Source of the DNA: Promethearchaeota archaeon
Lineage (GTDB): Archaea > Asgardarchaeota > Hermodarchaeia > Hermodarchaeales > Hermodarchaeaceae
Assembly (NCBI GenBank): GCA_048938295.1
Contig: JBHLMI010000054.1
Coordinates: 1 to 6,497, forward strand
Direction: 5' to 3'
DNA length: 6,497 bases
Shown here: positions 1 to 5,446 of the stretch, in pieces
Layout of the letters: every line of letters starts with the position of its first letter
How positions within the stretch are numbered: position 1 is the stretch's first letter
Program-made: the position numbers and the translations under genes
Notes under the pieces: generated by a model
The model's database searches: none
The model's input: the letters and a program-made list of their open reading frames with translations, nothing else
What the model was told of the DNA's origin: nothing

Positions 1-2
1 CG

Positions 3-443
3 GTGAAGCCGATTGGCGATTTACTCATGGAGATGAAGAAACGCTACGACAAGGAGAGCCAAGGCTGGCGTGTATTATCCGGCGCGGCAGACCATGGATT
101 ATATGATACCTTCGTGTTGCACCGCGATCGGCTGTGGCAGATGAAAACGGAACCGGTCAATCCGTTTGAAGTCATTGGAGTTGGCACGACGCATCGTCGT
201 GTGGATGAGGGGATTCATAACAAACTCATGCAGGAAGGCAAACCCTTCCTATTCCAAATTGCTGCCCCTCAACAGAAGGGAATCGTGATTGCCCAGGGGC
301 TTCAACGCTATTCCGATGACAGTGCCTCACGACTCCGAACTATTATGTCCGATAAACAAGAGGCGCTGGACCGCGAATTAGAGGCGTGTGTGCAGTCGAT
401 GAGTTTGAAACGGTTCCCAGAACGGCACGCCATGTACGGGTAA
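3..443 (+). CDS. Hypothetical protein, probably a conserved uncharacterised archaeal family; may be 5'-truncated by the window edge
   Basis: 146-codon ORF starting GTG at 3 and ending TAA at 441-443, filling the space up to the tRNA 3' flank. The segment WRVLSG...LWQMKTEPVNPFEVIGVG resembles, from memory, an uncharacterised euryarchaeal family (WRAVAG...QLKTYAKNPFEVxGVG). No function assignable. Confidence 0.75.
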   Translation: MKPIGDLLMEMKKRYDKESQGWRVLSGAADHGLYDTFVLHRDRLWQMKTEPVNPFEVIGVGTTHRRVDEGIHNKLMQEGKPFLFQIAAPQQKGIVIAQGLQRYSDDSASRLRTIMSDKQEALDRELEACVQSMSLKRFPERHAMYG

Positions 444-453
444 TTGCGTTTGT

Positions 454-464
454 AAAAAAGGAAA
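454..464 (-). terminator. Oligo-T terminator of tRNA-Asn
   Basis: Minus strand reads CCA-C-TTTCCTTTTTT directly after the tRNA; T6 at 459..454. Archaeal intrinsic terminators are oligo-U tracts. Confidence 0.65.
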
Positions 465-465
465 G

Positions 466-573
466 TGGCGCCGAGGAGCGGATTCGAACCGCTGACCTAG
501 AGGTTAACAGCATCGGTCTATACACCGCTTGGTGGTATAGGCTCCCGCTCTAACCTGGCTGAGCCACCTCGGC
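466..573 (-). tRNA. trnN: tRNA-Asn(GUU) with encoded CCA and a 30-nt intron; exons 573..542 and 511..466
   Basis: Removing 541..512 gives a 78-nt cloverleaf: acceptor GCCGAGG/CCTCGGC, G73 discriminator, CCA; D-arm GCTC-AGCCAGGTTA-GAGC; anticodon stem GGAGG/CCTCT with loop CTGTTAA (anticodon GTT at 508..506); variable loop AGGTC; T-arm AGCGG-TTCGAAT-CCGCT. Confidence 0.96.
512..541 (-). other. tRNA intron at non-canonical position 30/31 with a relaxed BHB splice motif
   Basis: Intron CCTATACCACCAAGCGGTGTATAGACCGAT forms the hairpin CTATAC(C)ACC-AAGC-GGTGTATAG. Bulges AG|C (543-541) and AT|G (513-511) flank a central helix CGGG/ACCG (3 Watson-Crick pairs plus one G.A). The boundaries cannot slide without breaking the anticodon stem. 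Confidence 0.88.
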
Positions 574-602
574 GTGTACGCAGCTGTGCAATTTCATTGC
601 TC

Positions 603-620
603 ATTTTAAACTCTTTCCCT
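603..620 (-). promoter_or_regulatory. Archaeal BRE-TATA promoter of tRNA-Asn
   Basis: Minus strand AGGGAAAGAG-TTTAAAAT: purine-rich BRE followed by a TATA box 30-37 nt upstream of the mature tRNA 5' end at 573. Confidence 0.75.
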
Positions 621-660
621 GGCTTATGCAGCGAAAAGGGGATGAGACTACTGCAGCCGT

Positions 661-1248
661 TTAGCTTGCTTCAGTATCCTTGGGACCTAATGGATGCCAA
701 AGCTCCAAGGTCCGTCGCTTTTTCATGTTTCGTCGTTGGGTGTTAAGGTATCGATTGATAGTGGAGTGTTCGGCACCACGAAGTAGACGGACGATGGCAT
801 TGACGGCGATTTGTTGATTTTCGACTTCGCCGATGACGCTGATGGTGTTGCCCATGATAGCCACGTAGGTGTCGGTGAGTTCTTCGATGTTGCGGCGAGT
901 TTTCCCGCCCTGACCGATAACCCGTCCTTTCAGGCGGCGGAGTTGATTGGGTGAGCTACCGAACTCTTCAAGATTGATAACCCGTAAATAGATGTCATCA
1001 TCGAGGAGAGCGAAGGCACGTTGGGGGCTGAATCCGCGACCAATCGCTTGGATAATGTCTCGAGCCTTCCAAAGAGCTAGGGGATCTTCACAGTCTTCCA
1101 TGGATTCTAGGGTAACGAGCCCATCATTGCTATCGATATCGACCGAAATCTTCGTGGTTTTCTCTAGTTGGCGTTTAACAGCCCCATTTGGACCAATCAC
1201 GACCGCGATACGGGATTTGGGGATGCGGATACGGGCGTCAGCTTTCAT
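661..1248 (-). CDS. dim2: Dim2/Pno1 (Krr1-like) two-KH-domain small-subunit rRNA processing protein
   Basis: KH GxxG loops IGPNG and IGQGG, family motifs AIGRGFSP and LKGRVIG..GKTRR.IEELT, and a position directly after rio1. ATG overlaps the rio1 stop (ATGA, 1248..1245). Confidence 0.93.
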   Translation of the reverse strand: MKADARIRIPKSRIAVVIGPNGAVKRQLEKTTKISVDIDSNDGLVTLESMEDCEDPLALWKARDIIQAIGRGFSPQRAFALLDDDIYLRVINLEEFGSSPNQLRRLKGRVIGQGGKTRRNIEELTDTYVAIMGNTISVIGEVENQQIAVNAIVRLLRGAEHSTINRYLNTQRRNMKKRRTLELWHPLGPKDTEAS

Positions 1249-2015
1249 TTGAACTCACCTTTACGAACAGCTGTGATGGTGTCGGTTAAATCAAGTTTCG
1301 GTATATCGAAGCCATCAAAATAGGCAAGAATGTTGCGTATATCGCGTTCAAAAAACATTTCGCTGTACGGATGGTCTAACACGACAGCTTGTGAAATGTC
1401 GATGAGGACGGGACCGTTCCAGAGCATGATGTTATACTCGCTTAGATCCGAATGTACTAGGTTAGCCTCATGATAGAGTTGAGAGATGGCTTCAAGGATC
1501 GCCTTGCGTGTAGGTTCGGGTTTTTCCGGCTCCTGCTGGCGCATGGTGGGGGCGGGCAATCCGTTTTCGCCAATAAATTCCATGACTAAAATGTTGCGCT
1601 TGACATGAATCGGATGCGGAACCCGTACGCCTGCTGTCTCAGCTCGGATGAGGTTCTTATATTCCTTGGATGCCCATGTGGTGATGAGTCCACTGCGGGA
1701 GCGGGGGATGTGTGCAAAGCGTGGATCGCCTTCAAGGTACACGGTGATACGTTTGAAATTGAAGGTGGCGATACGATAGATTTTGATGGCGGCATCCGAA
1801 CCATCTGGTTGCACTCCCCAGTACACGTTGGCTTCTTTTCCAGTCGCAATTACACCGTTAATCTCGTCTAGGATACCTTTATTGAACATGTGATAGAGGG
1901 TCAGGAGGGTTTTCGTGTCGAAGACGGATTCAATGACTTGTCGGTCTTCGGAGCGCTTGATACGCATACGTGCCTTATCCAGGCGTACGTCTATACGGTC
2001 AACTTTTTTCGACAC
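1245..2015 (-). CDS. rio1: RIO1-family atypical Ser/Thr kinase (ATPase) for small-subunit maturation
   Basis: P-loop ATGKEANVY, AIKIY, GDPRF, WASKEYKNL, catalytic loop LVHSDLSEYN and metal-binding IDISQAV. GTG start at 2015..2013 with a strong SD. Confidence 0.96.
   Translation of the reverse strand: MSKKVDRIDVRLDKARMRIKRSEDRQVIESVFDTKTLLTLYHMFNKGILDEINGVIATGKEANVYWGVQPDGSDAAIKIYRIATFNFKRITVYLEGDPRFAHIPRSRSGLITTWASKEYKNLIRAETAGVRVPHPIHVKRNILVMEFIGENGLPAPTMRQQEPEKPEPTRKAILEAISQLYHEANLVHSDLSEYNIMLWNGPVLIDISQAVVLDHPYSEMFFERDIRNILAYFDGFDIPKLDLTDTITAVRKGEFK
1255..1260 (-). promoter_or_regulatory. Shine-Dalgarno site for dim2, inside the rio1 3' end
   Basis: AGGTGA 6 nt upstream of the ATG at 1248; with the ATGA overlap this suggests translational coupling. 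Confidence 0.75.
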
Positions 2016-2021
2016 GATTTT

Positions 2022-2030
2022 TCACCTCCT
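2022..2030 (-). promoter_or_regulatory. Strong Shine-Dalgarno site for rio1
   Basis: AGGAGGTGA, complementary to the usual archaeal 16S 3' tail, 6 nt upstream of the GTG at 2015. Confidence 0.85.
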
Positions 2031-2085
2031 CTTGACGAGTTTAGATTAAATCCTCAGGGTGCGCATGGTAGCGCCAATCCACCGT

Positions 2086-2101
2086 TGATAAAGGTTGTTG
2101 T
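2086..2101 (-). promoter_or_regulatory. Possible internal BRE-TATA promoter for rio1-dim2
   Basis: ACAACAAC-CTTTATCA in the 102-nt nep1-rio1 spacer; same TTTATCA core as upstream of eif2b. The TATA match is imperfect. Confidence 0.4.
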
Positions 2102-2117
2102 CTCCCGTCTTTACATG

Positions 2118-2837
2118 TCATTTCACATCGCCAAACCGACGTGTACTCAAGTCAAGTACGGCTTCGACACTGTGCACCATCATCCCCACAATGGTGGAAG
2201 CCGCCAGGAGTTCTGGATCAATACTAATTTGTTGATCAACTAACTCCAATACATCTGAGTTCACTTTCCCGTGTGCAAATCCCCCCATAAGCACCACAGG
2301 TTTTGTTTCCTTTACGAGGACCTTTGCCAAATGTGTTGGTGACATTGGTGTTCCTTCTACTGAAAGCAGAAAGGTTTGGCTTGGTTCGATAAATTTAAGG
2401 TACGTTTCTAGGTTTCCTGGAACTATTTGGAGTAAGGGATCACCTTTCAGAGGGACCCGTTTATTCAACAGTAATTGCTCCATAAGACCAACAAACCGTT
2501 GTGTTCGGCGTGGTAATCGAGTGCTAGTGGCTAACTGAATGATTTCTCCAGTAATAGTGTGAACAAATACCTCGAGATGGCCTGATTTCGCCAACACACT
2601 GTCTAAGGCAATAAGCAGACATCGATGAACAACATCTGGTCGACCTCGCTTCTGAGAATCGGGAAGGGTGCGAATTACCTTTGAATGAAGACTCTCATCA
2701 AGCAAAATATGGTTCGGTGGTTTTCCACGTAACTGGGCGCTGGTTACAACCACAGGATCACCGGCTAACATCTCTGGAACTAGTTCAATCGAGGATTCGA
2801 TGAGCCCAAGAACTAACATGGTGGTTATATTTTTCAT
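2118..2837 (-). CDS. nep1: Nep1/Emg1 SPOUT-class 16S rRNA pseudouridine N1-methyltransferase; alternative start at ATG 2819 (MLVLGLIES)
   Basis: Motifs ESSIELVP, RGRPDVVHRCLL, RLPR..QRF.GLMEQLL and C-terminal SAM-binding knot GGFAHG. Homologs usually start near the M7 position, so the start is uncertain. Confidence 0.93.
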   Translation of the reverse strand: MKNITTMLVLGLIESSIELVPEMLAGDPVVVTSAQLRGKPPNHILLDESLHSKVIRTLPDSQKRGRPDVVHRCLLIALDSVLAKSGHLEVFVHTITGEIIQLATSTRLPRRTQRFVGLMEQLLLNKRVPLKGDPLLQIVPGNLETYLKFIEPSQTFLLSVEGTPMSPTHLAKVLVKETKPVVLMGGFAHGKVNSDVLELVDQQISIDPELLAASTIVGMMVHSVEAVLDLSTRRFGDVK

Positions 2838-2844
2838 ACGGAGG

Positions 2845-2852
2845 ATAAAAAA
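2845..2852 (-). promoter_or_regulatory. T-rich element that could be the eif1a terminator and/or a TATA box for a near-leaderless nep1 transcript
   Basis: TTTTTTAT 19-26 nt after the eif1a stop and ending 26 nt before ATG 2819; no SD precedes either candidate nep1 start. Confidence 0.35.
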
Positions 2853-2870
2853 CGAATCTGCTGAGACGGT

Positions 2871-3221
2871 TTATTCGATTTTCAAGTAACCCCGTCGTTC
2901 CAGCCACCCAGCCTCACCCTGGGAGTATCGCCAAATAATATCACCACGTTGGTCAGTCTGGAAATCCCACGGGGCAACGAGAACGACATCTCCTTCACGT
3001 ATCCAAACACGTTTCTTCAAGGTTCCACGGATTCGGCAGAGCCGTGCTTTCCCATCAGCACATTTAACGCGGACTCGATCATAGCCCAGCAATTGAACGG
3101 CAATACCAAGGACTTCGCCTTCACGAGGGATTCGGACACGAATCACTTCCCCATCTTGCTTGGACTGCCCCTTAAAGCTGCGGCCTTGTTTGCCTTTTCC
3201 TTTTCGTTTAGGTTTCGACAT
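2871..3221 (-). CDS. eif1a: Translation initiation factor aIF1A (eIF1A homolog)
   Basis: OB-fold core [45 protein letters not shown]...GDIIWRY. GGAG SD-like site at 3232..3229. Confidence 0.97.
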   Translation of the reverse strand: MSKPKRKGKGKQGRSFKGQSKQDGEVIRVRIPREGEVLGIAVQLLGYDRVRVKCADGKARLCRIRGTLKKRVWIREGDVVLVAPWDFQTDQRGDIIWRYSQGEAGWLERRGYLKIE

Positions 3222-3263
3222 TATAGTACTCCAAGACTAGATGGGCTACAACGGGAAGCCCAC

Positions 3264-3280
3264 TATATAAAATTGCTCAC
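3264..3280 (-). promoter_or_regulatory. TATA promoter for eif1a overlapping the nmd3 stop
   Basis: GTGAGCAA-TTTTATATA; a clear TATA element at 3272..3264, 43 nt upstream of the eif1a ATG. Confidence 0.65.
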
Positions 3281-4371
3281 TCGCTGCCTTTTTCGACCGC
3301 CGTATCTTCATCTACGGCTATGAGGATGAGTCGGTTTTTCCATTCAATGGCAGACACCATGGAACCAATTGCCATTTCCCGATCAGGCCGAGGAATATCA
3401 TACATCAAATAATCCTCTTGACTCATCAACTGGACGACATCACCTTCCACAGAGATTACCTGAAAGGTTTGGATCTCGTCGTTCAGAAACTCAGCATCGA
3501 TTTCGCTCAACTCCTTTGGGCTTAAATTCTCTCGATGCGACGATTCCACATTTATGAGAATGTAGCGACCATTTCGGAGTCCGGTGACTAAAAACGGGTT
3601 TTCCTTGTAGGCGATTACATCTCCCACTTGGATCAGGGGGAATCGGAGTGAGTAGGTGTCACGTTGAAGATTTTTCCCTTCACGGGTTCGCCCAACCACT
3701 TTTGTAGACACCTTTTGAATAAGCCCAAACTGCTCGGCTAAACTCTTTGCAAAAATTCGACAAACCCGACCTGAAGTGCATTTGATATCGAATCCCCCTC
3801 GAGTCTCAGACAGTTTCAAGGTTGAAGAAGGTAGGTTCAGAGCAACAAGCCGTTGATTGACAAATTCTACAATCTGGTCGATTTGCTCAGGTGCGATTTT
3901 TCCTGCTGCCGAACGAATCTGTAACACCGCTTCAAAATATCCTCCCGCGGTTTGCTGACACTGGTTACAAAGTGCTATAACAACAGGAATCGCGATGTCT
4001 TTTTGCTCAGTGTATGTATAATCATCTGCATGTGCCACAATCTCGACGGGTAGTTCCTTAACCTTCGAGAGTGGCCCATCGGGAAGTTCATGAAGATGCA
4101 CTTCAAACGACGCAGGTTGGCTAGGAGTGAATAAGGAGTCGAGGAGAGCATGGATTAATTCCTGAAAATGCTCTTCATCGGTCTGATCTGTTTGATGAAC
4201 CCACTGCCCTTTGAGGAAATAAGCATAGCATCGGGGACAAATCCGTGCTTCGGGAGATCGACGAAGAGCAATTAGCGGATATTGCTCAAAATAACAGGTG
4301 GTGCAGAAGCCTTCAACAAATGGGTGGGCATTCGTCTGAGCCTTACCACATTTTGGACATTGGCGAGTCAT
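3277..4371 (-). CDS. nmd3: NMD3-family large ribosomal subunit maturation factor
   Basis: Four CxxC pairs (C5/8, C23/26, C45/48, C135/138), signature CxxC...GGYFEAVLQIR, GGFDIK and K.VG..REGK, plus a beta-rich C-terminal region from about residue 245. Confidence 0.93.
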   Translation of the reverse strand: MTRQCPKCGKAQTNAHPFVEGFCTTCYFEQYPLIALRRSPEARICPRCYAYFLKGQWVHQTDQTDEEHFQELIHALLDSLFTPSQPASFEVHLHELPDGPLSKVKELPVEIVAHADDYTYTEQKDIAIPVVIALCNQCQQTAGGYFEAVLQIRSAAGKIAPEQIDQIVEFVNQRLVALNLPSSTLKLSETRGGFDIKCTSGRVCRIFAKSLAEQFGLIQKVSTKVVGRTREGKNLQRDTYSLRFPLIQVGDVIAYKENPFLVTGLRNGRYILINVESSHRENLSPKELSEIDAEFLNDEIQTFQVISVEGDVVQLMSQEDYLMYDIPRPDREMAIGSMVSAIEWKNRLILIAVDEDTAVEKGSE

Positions 4372-4377
4372 GGTATC

Positions 4378-4683
4378 TCATTTCGTCACAACTACTTGCG
4401 CATGGGGGACATTTTGAATGCGAATTATACCTCGTTCGTGAATGAGCTGTGCCTTCAATGCTTCATTTACGATGTTTTCACCAACAATATTCGCGATAGT
4501 GGCTTTCTCCATGGCTGCTATTCCTTCTTCGACGGTAACTAGCCTTCCTTTGTAGAACTGCTCACTTACGTGGATGCAACGGTCCCCTTCTTCAAAGAAT
4601 TCACCTAGAATATTCTGATCACAAATCGCGACGATATATTCGCCTTCTCGGCGCATTAGATTAAGGTAGACTCGCATATCCAT
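4378..4683 (-). CDS. DUF424-family conserved archaeal protein
   Basis: IVAICD..ILG.FFEEG...I.VSE.FYKG and ATIANIVGE.IV..A...LI motifs recalled as typical of DUF424; located between eif2b and nmd3. Start at ATG 4683 or 4677. Confidence 0.88.
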   Translation of the reverse strand: MDMRVYLNLMRREGEYIVAICDQNILGEFFEEGDRCIHVSEQFYKGRLVTVEEGIAAMEKATIANIVGENIVNEALKAQLIHERGIIRIQNVPHAQVVVTK

Positions 4684-4701
4684 CCATCCATTTTCATGAA
4701 G

Positions 4702-5289
4702 CTAGCCCCTTAGAGGCGTTCGTGCACCACAAGCGCTACAGACCAATACTAGAAGGCGATCTTCTCGACGCATTTCAGTATCAGGTCGTTGACACACGGG
4801 ACAGACAACATACTCTTCGGTATATTTCTTCACAAGTTCATCTAATACTCTGGAAGGAAATCGTCCATTGAAGATAACTTGTGGACTCCGAATTTCACTG
4901 GCTGTTGCAAGTTCATGGGAGAGGTACCGTAGCAGGTGCTTCGGATCCCGGCGGAGGGTTTCTGTGAGATCCTTGAAGTTCCGTACAACGGTTCGTGCAC
5001 CCTGGATGAAGGAGTCAACTTTAGGGACATTAAACCTTGGTTGATCAAACACTTCTGGAGGAATTTGATCACGCGCACGCTTCAAGAGTGCTTCATAATC
5101 TTCCATACTGACATCTATTGCTGGTTCCTTTGGTTTCGCTGAAGTCGTCTTAGGCTTGGAAGCTGTTTTTGGCTTGGCTTTGGTTGTAGCGGTCTTTGCT
5201 TTTGTCTTTGTAGGACTAGCTTTCATCCTAGCTGATTTGGGCGTTTTGGGTTTTGCTGTCGATGTTTTCTTCGTGGTTTCAGAGGGCAC
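4702..5289 (-). CDS. eif2b: Translation initiation factor aIF2 subunit beta with a basic low-complexity N-terminal extension; GTG 5289 preferred, in-frame ATG at 5313 possible
   Basis: Core MEDYEALLKRA..., RF.VP, NFKD....LRRDPKHLL.YL..EL, and Zn ribbon CPVC.RPDT...CSACGA. GTG at 5289..5287 has an SD (GGGAGG) 9 nt upstream. Confidence 0.93.
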   Translation of the reverse strand: MPSETTKKTSTAKPKTPKSARMKASPTKTKAKTATTKAKPKTASKPKTTSAKPKEPAIDVSMEDYEALLKRARDQIPPEVFDQPRFNVPKVDSFIQGARTVVRNFKDLTETLRRDPKHLLRYLSHELATASEIRSPQVIFNGRFPSRVLDELVKKYTEEYVVCPVCQRPDTEMRREDRLLVLVCSACGARTPLRG

Positions 5290-5298
5290 GTGGTTTCG

Positions 5299-5304
5299 CC
5301 TCCC
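5299..5304 (-). promoter_or_regulatory. Shine-Dalgarno site for eif2b
   Basis: GGGAGG followed by 9 nt and then GTG CCC TCT GAA. Confidence 0.7.
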
Positions 5305-5334
5305 AATATGCATTCAAATCATGGCTTCGTGGCT

Positions 5335-5356
5335 TGATAAAATCTCTGTTTTTTGC
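5335..5356 (-). promoter_or_regulatory. BRE-TATA promoter of eif2b-DUF424-nmd3
   Basis: GCAAAAAACAGAGA-TTTTATCA; standard spacing predicts a transcription start near 5312, upstream of the SD and of the extension-coding region. Confidence 0.55.
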
Positions 5357-5410
5357 AAATAGTTGTATGAGATTTTGAATCCACGGGTGGACCAGTGATC
5401 AGTTAGTTGG

Positions 5411-5430
5411 TTGAGGCAAGTTGCACTCAA
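5411..5430. repeat. Near-perfect 20-bp inverted repeat downstream of the rpa2 stop
   Basis: TTGAGGCAAGTTGCACTCAA; as minus-strand RNA it folds as TTGAG(T)GCA-ACT-TGC-CTCAA, starting within a TTTT tract. Confidence 0.45.
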
Positions 5431-5446
5431 AAGGGTTTGGTTCCTT

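Noticed and set aside
343-525. 60-aa minus-strand ORF
   Set aside because: Overlaps the tRNA and is antisense to the 3..443 gene; no protein-like features.
512-541. Intron-encoded C/D guide RNA or endonuclease
   Set aside because: Only 30 nt, with no RUGAUGA or CUGA boxes and no ORF.
466-573. tRNA as an integration (att) site for a mobile element
   Set aside because: No duplicated tRNA 3' end, integrase or other mobile gene in the window. An attachment partner beyond the left edge cannot be excluded.
621-658. Hairpin GGCTGCAG/CTGC-ATA-AGCC with a 3-nt bulge after the dim2 stop, resembling half a BHB
   Set aside because: Only 8 bp with a 19-nt loop and no second bulge; compatible with chance or a weak 3' UTR structure.
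2031-2117. C/D box sRNA or K-turn element in the nep1-rio1 spacer
   Set aside because: One CTGA (2056..2053) but no box C at a suitable distance; the GCGC-TACCAT-GCGC hairpin is only 4 bp.
2118-2837. Nep1 motif variants (RLPRRTQRF, GGFAHG) as a sign of changed specificity
   Set aside because: The key Arg residues and the knot are retained; the variation cannot be judged without an alignment.
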